In this document: one piece after another, positions 36,919-46,320 of the stretch | Numbering within the stretch: position 1 is the stretch's first letter | Layout of the letters: every line of letters starts with the position of its first letter | Source: Flavobacteriales bacterium | GTDB lineage: Bacteria; Bacteroidota; Bacteroidia; Flavobacteriales_F; PHOS-HE28 | Assembly: GCA_044226515.1 (NCBI GenBank) | Contig: JBGAGX010000003.1 | Coordinates: 65,561 to 129,560 of the forward strand | Direction of reading: 5' to 3' | Length of the DNA stretch: 64,000 bases | The notes under the pieces: generated by a model | Database searches by the model: none | Told to the model about the DNA's origin: nothing | What the model saw: only the letters and a program-made list of their open reading frames with translations | Program-made: the position numbers and the translations under genes

Positions 36919-38253
36919 TCAGAGCAGGTCGTTCGCCAGGTTGGCCAGCGCGCTGCGCTCTCCCTTCTCCAGGGTGATGTGCGCGAAGAGGGGATCGCCC
37001 TTCGCCTTGTCGATGAGGTAGCTGAGCCCGTTCGACTCCGTATCCAGATAGGGCGTATCGATCTGGTGGATATCCCCGGTGAAGACGATCTTGGTGCCTT
37101 CACCGGCGCGGCTGATCACGGTCTTGATCTCGAGCGGCGTGAGGTTCTGCGCCTCGTCCACGATAAAGAAGATGTTGCTGAGGCTGCGGCCGCGGATGTA
37201 GGCCAGCGGTGCGATCGCGATCTTCTCGTTCTCGAGCATCTCGTCGATGCGCTTCGGCGTGTTGTCGTGCTTCTCGAACTGCCCCTTGATCAGCTTCAGG
37301 TTGTCCCACAGCGGCTGCATGTAGGGGTCCAGCTTGCTCTGGATGTCGCCTGGCAGGTAGCCGATGTCCTTGTTGCTGAGCGGCACCACCGGACGCGTCA
37401 CGTAGATCTGGCGGTACAGGCGGCGCTGTTCGAGGGCACAGGCCAGTGCAAGGAGGGTCTTGCCCGTTCCAGCCGCGCCCTGCAGCGTCACCAGCTTGAT
37501 CTCGGGGTCCAGCAGGGCGCTCATGGCCAGTGCCTGCTCGGCGTTCTTCGGCCCGATACCGAAGACGTTGTGCTTCTCCACGCGGTCCACCTGGTCGGTG
37601 CGCGGATCGTACTTGGCCAGGATGCTCTTCTTCTTGTGCCGGAGGATGTAGAAGTGGTTGCCCTTGGGCCGCTTGATGCCCATGTCCTCCACCGGCATCG
37701 TGCCCTTCTCGAAGAGCTCATCGATCCGTTCCTCGCTGAACTCGTCCTGCACCGTGCGGCCCGTGTAAAGCTTGTCCTGCACGTCCTTCACCTTGCCGGT
37801 GAGGTAGTCCTCCGCGAGGATGTTCAGGCTCTTCGCCTTCAGGCGCAGCGCCACGTCCTTGGTGACGAGCACCACCTTGCGGTCCTTGTTCTGCCGCTGC
37901 AGCGTGAGCGCGGCGTTCAGGATCTGGTGGTCGTTCTTTCCGTCCTGGAAGACCTTGGTGGCATCGACCCCGTTGAGGTCATGCTTCGCCACCACCTTGA
38001 ACTTGCCCTTGGTGGGGCCGTTCAGCGGCGTCCAGTCGGTGATGACATCCCGCGCCGCGATCCCATCCAGATGGCGGATGAACTCGCGGGCTTCGAAATT
38101 GATGGTGTCATTGCCTTTCTTGAACGTGTCGAGCTCTTCGAGGACTTGTATGGGGATGGCCACGTCGTGCTCCTCAAAGCAGTCGATGGCCGAGTGGTCG
38201 TACAGGATCACTGAGGTATCGAGTACGAAGATCTTCCGGTCTTTCTTCTTCAT
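36919..38253 (-). CDS. PhoH-family ATPase with N-terminal PIN domain (YlaK/PhoH2-like)
   Basis: PIN-like N-terminus (FVLDTSVIL ... D residues) plus a PhoH P-loop (GAAGTGKT) C-domain. Confidence 0.85.
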   Translation of the reverse strand: MKKKDRKIFVLDTSVILYDHSAIDCFEEHDVAIPIQVLEELDTFKKGNDTINFEAREFIRHLDGIAARDVITDWTPLNGPTKGKFKVVAKHDLNGVDATKVFQDGKNDHQILNAALTLQRQNKDRKVVLVTKDVALRLKAKSLNILAEDYLTGKVKDVQDKLYTGRTVQDEFSEERIDELFEKGTMPVEDMGIKRPKGNHFYILRHKKKSILAKYDPRTDQVDRVEKHNVFGIGPKNAEQALAMSALLDPEIKLVTLQGAAGTGKTLLALACALEQRRLYRQIYVTRPVVPLSNKDIGYLPGDIQSKLDPYMQPLWDNLKLIKGQFEKHDNTPKRIDEMLENEKIAIAPLAYIRGRSLSNIFFIVDEAQNLTPLEIKTVISRAGEGTKIVFTGDIHQIDTPYLDTESNGLSYLIDKAKGDPLFAHITLEKGERSALANLANDLL

Positions 38254-38389
38254 CCGATCAAGGAACGGTCTTGTCCAAAGCTCGGTGACCCGGCATCGGA
38301 TGTCGCCCGTGGGGCACTTTCACTTTTCCACGATCGATCGTGCGGTGATCGCGGAAAGCCTTGTAGGACGCGGGAAGCAGCCCCTTCGC

Positions 38390-40606
38390 TCAGGGCCGCA
38401 TCAGCCTCAGCGCCAATGCGCCTTCCCCATCGTGGACCCGCAGCACGTAGTATCCGGCCGGCTCAGCGGACAGGTCGACCTCGATCGTGGTGCCCGTTGC
38501 GCGCAACTTCCCGGCGCGACGGCCGAGCATGTCGAACACGAACAGTCCCTTCGCCGCGTGATCCGTGCGGATGACATAGCGGCCTTCCCCATCGTTTCGC
38601 AGGATCGTGAGCGCGCCGTCCACGAAGGGATCGGCGATGCCCGTGCAGGGATCGACGGTCACGGTGACCACCGCTTCATCATCAGGACATGGAACTGTTC
38701 CCGCCACCTGGTAGATGTAGGGCCCTGCGCCGTTCACCAGCGGGTCGAAGATGCCGCTGAAGGGTGCCCCACCGAAGGTGAGCCAGGTGCCGCCGGTGGC
38801 CGGTGAACCGCCAAGACCATCGAACAGATCATACGGCCCACCGTCCGCACAGATCACGATGCTGCTGTCCGATCCTGCATCGGAAGGCGCCACCACACCG
38901 GTAATGCACAACACCGATGTCGCATTGGCGCAGGGTGCGTTCCCCTGAACGGTGTAGGTGTAGCAGCCCAATGGATCGACACCCGGAACGAAGAAAGGGC
39001 CGTGTGGCGCTCCACCCATGGCCCATGTTCCGCCAGGCTGCGGTGCACCACCGAGCTGGTCGTACATCAGGATGGGACCTCCGGTGCTACAGGCCGGCCC
39101 CGTGTAGCTGAGCCCCGCATCCGGCGCTGTGTTCACGGCAATGCACAAGGTGCTGCTGGCGTCGTTGCAGGCCGCGGTCCCGCTCACGGTGTACGTGTAG
39201 CAGCCGGGCAGCGAGGTGCCGGGGATGAAGGGGCCGGTGAACGGGTTGCCCTGCGGGTCCGTCCAGGTGCCGCCTGGATCGGGGGAGCCGCCGAGGTAGG
39301 TCGGCAGATTCAGCGGTGGCGCGTTCGAACAGAGCGTGACGAAAGAACTGGCCCCCGCGTTGGGCGCCTGCTCCACAGTGATGCACACCGTGCTGCTGGT
39401 CGGCGCGCAACCACCGGAGCCTGGAACCGTGTAGGTGTAGCAGCCGGATGCGGAAACACCGGGAATGAAGACACCATTGGATGGTGCACCGTTCGGATCG
39501 GTCCACGAACCGAACAGGTCCGGGCTGCCGCCCAACAGGGAGATGAGCGTGAAGGGCGGCGCGTTCGAACAGATAGTGTCGGTCGAACTGAGGCCCGCCT
39601 CGGGTGCGATGGTGATGACGATGGGGAGCGCCGATTGCGAGCCAGCGGTCGTCGGTGCGGATCCGTTGACCCGCACCCGGTAACCGGCACCGGACGGAGT
39701 ACCGGGCGGTATGGTGCCGATGATGATGCCGGCGGTGGTGCTGGTGACCGAACCGATGTCCACCGGGGCGGCGAAGCTGCCGAACGCATCGCTCAGCTGT
39801 AGTGTGAACACGTTCCCTGCGGTGAACGCGCCCTGGATGCTGTACTGCACTTGAAGGAGGCTTCCTGCGCAGACCTGGCTACCGTTGGGCTGGCAGGCGA
39901 TGCTATTGCCGCCTCCCATCGTGCCGGATATCGTGATATCATCCACTCCGAACCCCGGATCGTTCCCCCCGAGCAAGGAGCTGCCGTTGTGGAAGCGGAA
40001 ACCGAAGCGCAGGGTGGCGAGGCCGTCGAAGGCGGCGAGCGCGATCGTCTGTTGCGTCCAAGAGCCCTGGTTGCGGTACTGCGAGATCGGCGTGGTGAGC
40101 TGAATCCAGGTTGCGCCGCCATCGGTGCTGTAGTACACCTCGCCGTAGTTCTGGTTGCCGCCGTTGCACAACCACCAGAAGGAAAGGGTCACCCCTGTCA
40201 TCCCCACGGTGCTCACGTCGCCGTTCATGCGCGCGAAGTGGTCATCGGGAAGGGTGCAGAACCCATCGGCCGCGGCGAAGGAGCAAGAGAGGATGCCATC
40301 CGCCACCGCCTCGCTGCTGGCGATGTGCAGGTAGCCGCCGTTGGGGTTGGCAATGCCCGCGGGCTGGGCCGGCACGGACGGGATGGTGTAGTTCAGCGGT
40401 ATCCCGCTGCACAACACATCCCCGGTGCCTCCGGCATACACGTTGTTGATGAGCCAGGTGTTCGCCCCGCTGGACTGGCTTCCCGCATCGGTGGTGTTCA
40501 GGTCGAAGGCCTGGGGCGCACCATCGAAGCCGGTCTGGAAAATGGTGACCTGGGCATGAAGCAGGCCTGTGATGACCACAAGGACCGAAAGAGCGAAGGT
40601 GCGCAT
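38390..40606 (-). CDS. Secreted protein with N-terminal jelly-roll domain, 5 tandem ~80-aa Cys-containing SprB-repeat-like domains and a T9SS C-terminal sorting domain
   Basis: Signal peptide MRTFALSVLVVITGLLHAQ; repeated C..APP..L...LGGSPD.GG.W.DP.G......G.YTYTV units; C-terminal ...YYVLRVHDGEGALALRLMRP. Confidence 0.7.
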   Translation of the reverse strand: MRTFALSVLVVITGLLHAQVTIFQTGFDGAPQAFDLNTTDAGSQSSGANTWLINNVYAGGTGDVLCSGIPLNYTIPSVPAQPAGIANPNGGYLHIASSEAVADGILSCSFAAADGFCTLPDDHFARMNGDVSTVGMTGVTLSFWWLCNGGNQNYGEVYYSTDGGATWIQLTTPISQYRNQGSWTQQTIALAAFDGLATLRFGFRFHNGSSLLGGNDPGFGVDDITISGTMGGGNSIACQPNGSQVCAGSLLQVQYSIQGAFTAGNVFTLQLSDAFGSFAAPVDIGSVTSTTAGIIIGTIPPGTPSGAGYRVRVNGSAPTTAGSQSALPIVITIAPEAGLSSTDTICSNAPPFTLISLLGGSPDLFGSWTDPNGAPSNGVFIPGVSASGCYTYTVPGSGGCAPTSSTVCITVEQAPNAGASSFVTLCSNAPPLNLPTYLGGSPDPGGTWTDPQGNPFTGPFIPGTSLPGCYTYTVSGTAACNDASSTLCIAVNTAPDAGLSYTGPACSTGGPILMYDQLGGAPQPGGTWAMGGAPHGPFFVPGVDPLGCYTYTVQGNAPCANATSVLCITGVVAPSDAGSDSSIVICADGGPYDLFDGLGGSPATGGTWLTFGGAPFSGIFDPLVNGAGPYIYQVAGTVPCPDDEAVVTVTVDPCTGIADPFVDGALTILRNDGEGRYVIRTDHAAKGLFVFDMLGRRAGKLRATGTTIEVDLSAEPAGYYVLRVHDGEGALALRLMRP

Positions 40607-40661
40607 GGTGGCAGCGGCTGGTTCCGGTAAGGTAGGAGGTTCGCCTGTTCGGAGCGGCAGG

Positions 40662-40702
40662 CGGGAAAAAACGAAGCGGGGAGCAACGTTGGCTGCTCCC
40701 CG
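40662..40702 (-). terminator. Strong orphan intrinsic terminator on the minus strand inside the 645-bp divergent intergenic region, about 60-100 nt upstream of the 38390..40606 start codon
   Basis: Minus strand reads GCGGGGAGCA-gccaacgt-TGCTCCCCGC followed by TTCGTTTTTTCC (10-bp GC stem plus U-tract). Confidence 0.55.
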
Positions 40703-41202
40703 CCTCCATCGGGATCCCGACCTGGGCCGGTCCCCCATGACACGCCTTCCGATCCGGTGCCAACGCGGGTCCGTGGACCCCCGCTGACCTGCTTCCGCTA
40801 CCGCCATCCCGGTATCTGGCGACCGGGGTGGGCGATCCTCCTGCTTCTTACCAAGCCCCACCCCCACCTTGCGGCGGGCATGGGTGGAGGGACCCGTGGC
40901 GCAAGCGGCCGAGCGGCCTGCATGCGGGCCGAAATTCCCGCATCGGACCGTTCTCCTCCAATTTCCACAACCCTTCGCTTATTCACATTTTCTCCACAGC
41001 GATGAACGATCGACCTGGCCTGCCCGGCTGGCACACAGGCCATGACCATACCGATATCTTCCTGTTCGTGTGGTGGTTAGCCGCGTTCGGACCAGTCCAT
41101 TCCGCAGGGGTCCGGAACATCGGCATCCATCTCGACAAGGATGCGAGGAGGGCGAAGTTGTCCGCGGCGGAGATCTAACCCAAGCGTAACATCCAAGGGC
41201 TG

Positions 41203-41231
41203 GCGTTGCGCTGTGCAATACCCCACTTTTG
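41203..41231 (+). promoter_or_regulatory. Candidate Bacteroidota sigma-A promoter for the giant adhesin gene (TTG ... 17 nt ... CAcTTTTG near-match to the -33 TTG / -7 TAnnTTTG consensus)
   Basis: TTG at about 41205-41207, then CACTTTTG ending at 41231, 20 nt before the ATG at 41252. Confidence 0.25.
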
Positions 41232-41251
41232 CAGCGTAACCCCAACGCATC

Positions 41252-44200
41252 ATGAACAGTCGTACCCTGGCCAGACGAGTTCCATCCCGAACCGCGCTAT
41301 CGCTTGCTTCTTTGCTGCTTGTCGGCTCCGTGAAGTCCCAGATCGCTGCCTGGGACTTCACAGGTGAATCCAGCCCGGCCACATCGGCCGCGGATGTGTA
41401 CAATGCCAACCTGGATGCCTCCAACCTGCTCACCCGGGGATCAGGTGCGGCTGCGAGCACCGCTTCGAATTCCTTCCGGACAGTGGGATTCCAGAACAAC
41501 GGCATCAGCACGGCCAATACCGATTACTTCGAGTTCACGCTCTCGGCCACCGTTGGGTATTCGTTGAACCTATCGACGCTCGATGCCCGGGTGAATGGTA
41601 CAGGTTCATTCACCGCTGCTCCCGGCGCTTCCCAGCAGTTCGCATACAGCCTTGACGGGGTGAACTTCACCCTGATCGGATCGCCGATGATCACGCTGTC
41701 GGGTCCTGTGAACCTGCCGCAAACTGACCTGACGGGCATCCCGGCCTTGCAAGGGATCACGGACGGTACCACGGTGACCTTCCGGTTCTATGCATCGGGC
41801 CAGACCACCACGGGCGGCTGGGGCTTCACCTCCAACGCCGTCGGCCAGTATGGCCTCGCTGTTGGGGGCTCCGTTGTGAACAACAGCACCTCGCTCGCCT
41901 TCGCCGCCGCTTCCGCTACGGTGGCCGAGAACGTAGGTACCACGCCCATCGCGGTGAACATCACCAACCCCAGCCCCGGCATCGCCACCACCGCCGATCT
42001 GGTACTCACAAGCGGTAGCGCCGCACGCATCGGCAACTACACCACTCAGCAGCTGGTGTTCCCCGCCAACAGCAACGCCAGCCAGTCGGTCACCATCACC
42101 GTTACCGACAACGGCGTGAGCGATGGCAACGCCGTCCTGATGTTCCAGCTCCAGAACCTGACCGGAGGCCTCGGTACGCCCACGGTCACTCCGCCCAACA
42201 CCTATACGCTCACCGTGCTCGACAACGATGCCCCGCCCACGGTGAGCATCGGAAGCGCATCCATCGCGGAGGGCAACTCCGGAACCACCAACGTGCAAGT
42301 GGCGGTCACCATGGCCACGCAGCCGGGTGCGGACGTGAACGTGCAGGTGACGGATGCCCTCACGGGCTCGGCCCTGAGCGGCACGGACTACATCACCGTC
42401 AGCCCGGCCACGATCACCTTCACGTCGGCCGATACCTACCCGAACACCCAATACGTCACCGTGGCCATCGCAGGCGACACGGACGTGGAGCCGAACGAGA
42501 CCATTGACCTGATGCTCGGCATCACCTCGGGGTCCGCCACGCTGGGCACCAGCACCGGTACCGTCACCATCACCAACGATGACCTGCCCACCGTGTACAT
42601 CAACGAGGTGGACGCCGACAACCCGGGTACGGACAACCTGGAGTTCGTGGAGCTCTACGGCGCGCCCAACCTCTCCCTCACCGGCACGGTGCTGGTGTTC
42701 TTCAACGGCAGCAACGACCTCTCCTACACCTCCTTCGACCTGGACGGTTACAGCCTCGACGCCAATGGCTTCTTCGTGGTGGGCAACGCTGCGGTGCCTG
42801 GCGTTGACCTGACCTTCCCGGACAATATCCTCCAGAACGGTGCGGACGCTGTTGCGATCTACTACGCCGACGGCAGCTCCTTCCCCACCAACACCCCGGT
42901 CACCACTACCAACCTGATCGATGCACTGGTGTATGACACCGATGACGCGGATGATGTGGGCCTGCTCGTGCTGCTGAATCCCTCCCAGCCGCAGATCAAT
43001 GAGAACGGGAGCGCGCTGAGCGCCTCACAGAGCATGAGCCGGGTGCCCGATGGTGGTACGCTCCGGAACACGGACACTTACGTATTGCAGACGCCCACAC
43101 CCGGCGCCACGAACACCAACACCTGCGACTTGGTGCTGGGCAGCGAGAGCGTGGCGTGCGCGACCGTGACCCCCGGTCCGGGCGACACCTACTCCGTGAG
43201 CATCCCCTACACCGGCAGTGAGCCCGGCGTCACCGTGGTGAACAACAGCGGTTCCGGTACCGTGGGCGGGGACGACCCGGCCGTGTTGGTGAACGGGACC
43301 ATCGTGGTGAGCGGGATCACCGAGGGCACCCCGTACAGCATCACCTTCACGGCTCCCTGCGGTGCCCTGGTGAAGAGCGGCAGTGCCCCGGCCTGCGAGC
43401 CCTTGCCCCTCATCGTCATCAACGAAGTGGACTACGACAACCCCGGCACGGACAACGCCGAGTGGATCGAGCTCCGCAACAACGGCAGCATCGCCTACGA
43501 CCTGAACGGGTACAAGGTGGAACTGGTGAACGGCAGCGCCGGTGGTGCCGCAGTGTACAAGACCATCGTCCTTCCCACGTTCAGCCTCGCTCCTGGCGCT
43601 TACTACGTGATCGGCAACAACGCCACCATCCCCAACATCAACCTGGTTGAAACGCCCGCCACGGACATGATCCAGAACGGAGCGCCCGATGCCATCGGCC
43701 TTCGTGATGCCAGCAACAACCTGCTCGACGCCATCAGCTACGAGGGGACCAGCGGCGCGCCCTATCAGGAAGGCGGCGGCACCACCCTGGCGGATCCCGG
43801 CACCACGGCAGCCGCCTCCGCGAGCATCGGCCGCTATCCTGACGGTGCCGACACCAACGACAACACGGCCGACTGGGCCCTGGCCTGCGTGAGCACGCCC
43901 GGTGCCGCGAACACGCTGGGCGTCGACACCGACGGAGACACTTTCCTTGACTGCCTGGATGGCTGCCCGAACGATCCGAACAAGCAGGCCCCGGGCCAGT
44001 GCGGTTGCGGCGTATCCGACGTGGATACGGACCTGGACTTCATCGCTGACTGCCTGGACGGCTGCCCGAACGACCCGTTCAAGGTGACCCCCGGCGATTG
44101 TGGCTGCGGCAATCCGGACACGGACGCGGATGGCGACCTGGTCTCCGACTGCATCGATGGCTGTCCCAACGATCCGCTGAAGACCAGCCCCGGCCAGTGC

Positions 44201-45970
44201 GGCTGCGGCGTGCCGGAGAGCGGCGACACCGATGGCGATGGACTTGCCGACTGTGTTGACAGCTGCCCCTTGGTGGCCGGCCAGATCGGTAGCGCCTGCG
44301 ACGATGGAAATGCCTGCACCACCGGTGATGTGCTCGACGCCAACTGCGTCTGCACCGGCACCTTCCAGGACACCGACGGCGACGGCGTGTGCGATGCCAG
44401 CGACAGCTGCCCCTTGGTGGCCGGCCAGATCGGTGCCGCCTGCGACGATGGAAATGCCTGCACCACCGGTGATGTGCTCGACGCCAACTGCGTCTGCACC
44501 GGCACCTTCCAGGACACCGACGGCGACGGCGTGTGCGATGCCAGCGACAATTGCCCCTTGGTGGCCGGCCAGATCGGTGACGCCTGCGACGATGGCAACG
44601 CGGCCACGATCAATGACGTGCTCACGGCAACCTGCACTTGCGAAGGAACCGTGGTGGCCTGCACGCAGAACGAAGTGACTCTGGAACTCACCACGGACAA
44701 CAATGGAGCACAGACCAGCTGGGAGATCGTCCCCTCCGGCGGTGGCGCTCCCGCCTGCTCCGGCAGCGGTCTGGCCAGCAACACCACCATTTCCGTCACC
44801 TGCTGCCTGGCCGATGGCTGCTACCAACTGCGCGTGCTTGACAGCTTCGGTGACGGGATGAGCGCTGGCGGCTGGGTGTTGCGCGATGCCAGCAACCGCC
44901 GGATCCTGGATAACGCGGGCGATGCGAACTGGACGGGCTCCTCCGTGCAGGCCCCCGACGTGTTCTGCCTGCCCATGGGTACCGACGGCCTCACCGCCGC
45001 CACCTGCGATCAGGAAACGGCGACCGGATCCTTCACCCTACAGACCGAGGAGAACCCTGCAGTGACCGCACAGTTCGGTGTGAGCAACAGCACCAGCGGC
45101 TATCAGTTCTGGATCTACAACCCCGACGGATCCTATAGCCGCCGCGTGTTCTTCAGCCACCAGAGCCCCGGCAGCAGTGCTCCCTCCGGTACGCCCGCTC
45201 CGTTGAAGGCCTCCTTCCTTCGGCTGAACACCCTCACCACCAACCCCGTACCCAGCTTCACCCTGCTGAACGTGAAGGTGCGGGGCCGCGTGGCCAACGT
45301 GAACCTGGAATGGGGCGCCGCCTGCCGCTTGAAGGTGGACCCCACCGCCAACTGCCAGCTCACGCAGCTCACCACCACGGCCGACCCCGTGATCTCCTGC
45401 GGTGCCTCGGGCCTGCTGATCAACGGTGCGGACAAGATCTATGCGGTGATGGTGCCCGGAGCCAACAAGTACCAGTTCCGCTTCACCCGTCCGGGCTACA
45501 CCCGCAACATCGCCACCACCACCCGCGCACTCACCCTCAGCGAATGGAACACCAACCCGCTTCAACCGGGCCTGTGCTATGATGTGGTGGTGCGCGTGAG
45601 CTTCGATGCGGGCACCACGTGGTGCGCCTATGGCAGCAGCTGCCAGATCTGCACCACCCCGCCCCCGCCCGTCAATGGCGGCAACGACCGCGCCCTGAGC
45701 GCCAACACCGCCAGCGGCCTGGTGATCTACCCCAACCCCAACCGCGACGGGCTCCTGCAGTTGCGCGTGGCCGATCTGGGATCCGATCAGCAGACCGTGA
45801 CCGTGGACGTGGTGGATGTGCTCGGCAAGCGGGTGATCGCCCTGGTGATCCCCGCGCAGGGCAGTTCGCTCAACGCCACCCTCCAGCTCAACGGCATCAA
45901 CGCCGGCCTGTACACGGTCAACGTTTCCGCAGGGGACAAGGTCTTCACCCAGCGCCTGGTCATCCAGTAA
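41252..45970 (+). CDS. Giant cell-surface adhesin-like protein (1572 aa): Calx-beta domains, two lamin-tail domains (LTD), thrombospondin type-3-like Ca-binding repeats, T9SS C-terminal sorting domain
   Basis: Signal peptide; Calx-beta motifs (GDTDVEPNETI); LTD motifs (INEVDADNPGTDNLEFVELYG and INEVDYDNPGTDNAEWIELRNNG); DTDGDGVCDASDSCP-type TSP3 repeats; C-terminal LYTVNVSAGDKVFTQRLVIQ. Confidence 0.85.
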   Translation: MNSRTLARRVPSRTALSLASLLLVGSVKSQIAAWDFTGESSPATSAADVYNANLDASNLLTRGSGAAASTASNSFRTVGFQNNGISTANTDYFEFTLSATVGYSLNLSTLDARVNGTGSFTAAPGASQQFAYSLDGVNFTLIGSPMITLSGPVNLPQTDLTGIPALQGITDGTTVTFRFYASGQTTTGGWGFTSNAVGQYGLAVGGSVVNNSTSLAFAAASATVAENVGTTPIAVNITNPSPGIATTADLVLTSGSAARIGNYTTQQLVFPANSNASQSVTITVTDNGVSDGNAVLMFQLQNLTGGLGTPTVTPPNTYTLTVLDNDAPPTVSIGSASIAEGNSGTTNVQVAVTMATQPGADVNVQVTDALTGSALSGTDYITVSPATITFTSADTYPNTQYVTVAIAGDTDVEPNETIDLMLGITSGSATLGTSTGTVTITNDDLPTVYINEVDADNPGTDNLEFVELYGAPNLSLTGTVLVFFNGSNDLSYTSFDLDGYSLDANGFFVVGNAAVPGVDLTFPDNILQNGADAVAIYYADGSSFPTNTPVTTTNLIDALVYDTDDADDVGLLVLLNPSQPQINENGSALSASQSMSRVPDGGTLRNTDTYVLQTPTPGATNTNTCDLVLGSESVACATVTPGPGDTYSVSIPYTGSEPGVTVVNNSGSGTVGGDDPAVLVNGTIVVSGITEGTPYSITFTAPCGALVKSGSAPACEPLPLIVINEVDYDNPGTDNAEWIELRNNGSIAYDLNGYKVELVNGSAGGAAVYKTIVLPTFSLAPGAYYVIGNNATIPNINLVETPATDMIQNGAPDAIGLRDASNNLLDAISYEGTSGAPYQEGGGTTLADPGTTAAASASIGRYPDGADTNDNTADWALACVSTPGAANTLGVDTDGDTFLDCLDGCPNDPNKQAPGQCGCGVSDVDTDLDFIADCLDGCPNDPFKVTPGDCGCGNPDTDADGDLVSDCIDGCPNDPLKTSPGQCGCGVPESGDTDGDGLADCVDSCPLVAGQIGSACDDGNACTTGDVLDANCVCTGTFQDTDGDGVCDASDSCPLVAGQIGAACDDGNACTTGDVLDANCVCTGTFQDTDGDGVCDASDNCPLVAGQIGDACDDGNAATINDVLTATCTCEGTVVACTQNEVTLELTTDNNGAQTSWEIVPSGGGAPACSGSGLASNTTISVTCCLADGCYQLRVLDSFGDGMSAGGWVLRDASNRRILDNAGDANWTGSSVQAPDVFCLPMGTDGLTAATCDQETATGSFTLQTEENPAVTAQFGVSNSTSGYQFWIYNPDGSYSRRVFFSHQSPGSSAPSGTPAPLKASFLRLNTLTTNPVPSFTLLNVKVRGRVANVNLEWGAACRLKVDPTANCQLTQLTTTADPVISCGASGLLINGADKIYAVMVPGANKYQFRFTRPGYTRNIATTTRALTLSEWNTNPLQPGLCYDVVVRVSFDAGTTWCAYGSSCQICTTPPPPVNGGNDRALSANTASGLVIYPNPNRDGLLQLRVADLGSDQQTVTVDVVDVLGKRVIALVIPAQGSSLNATLQLNGINAGLYTVNVSAGDKVFTQRLVIQ
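44261..44652 (+). repeat. 144-nt (48-codon) in-frame tandem repeat, 2.6 copies, the first two near-identical
   Basis: AGCTGCCCCTTGGTGGCCGGCCAGATCGGT... recurs at 44261, 44405 and 44549; it encodes SCPLVAGQIG(S/A)ACDDGNACTTGDVLDANCVCTGTFQDTDGDGVCDASD. Confidence 0.8.
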
Positions 45971-45990
45971 CGCCATCCCCCGTTCCAACC

Positions 45991-46019
45991 GAACGCCCTG
46001 GCCATCGGCCGGGGCGTTC
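45991..46019 (+). terminator. GC-rich stem-loop 21 nt after the adhesin stop (GAACGCCCTGGCC-atc-GGCCGGGGCGTTC), no U-tract
   Basis: About 12-bp stem with one mismatch; terminator-like but lacks a T run. Confidence 0.3.
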
Positions 46020-46320
46020 GGCGTTCAGGCCCCTGGCAGCAGTTGCCAGAGCCGTGGCGCCTCAGTGCGGCGCCGCTCCACGGGATCGACCGAGGACCGG
46101 GTCTCCCTGGCGATGCTGGCTCTCCGATTAGTTCTCGAGGGCGGCGCAGCATTCCTTAGCCCGGCCCATGAGGGACACCATCGGCACGGGTGGCGAACGT
46201 TGACCCCATCGCTGCATGCCATCGCGTGCGCCCTTGTTCCGCAGGGAGGGACTTCCTGGAATGGAGCGGCCCCCTCCATCGTTCGCACAGGAACCAGGAG
46301 GGGGCCGGCGACCAGCGCGC

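Noticed and set aside
40757-41178. Plus-strand ORFs (82 and 116 aa) and minus-strand ORFs (40798..41049, 40979..41245) in the 645-bp intergenic region
   Set aside because: Low-complexity Pro/Arg/Gly-rich translations. The region is better explained as promoters plus a possible sRNA or leader ending at the 40662..40702 terminator
44261-44652. Possible CRISPR array or other non-coding repeat, given near-identical 144-nt units; also the ~200-nt units at 52860..54900
   Set aside because: The repeats are in-frame within large CDSs, have no unique spacers, and encode recognisable protein repeats (TSP3-like and TPR-like); no cas genes are present
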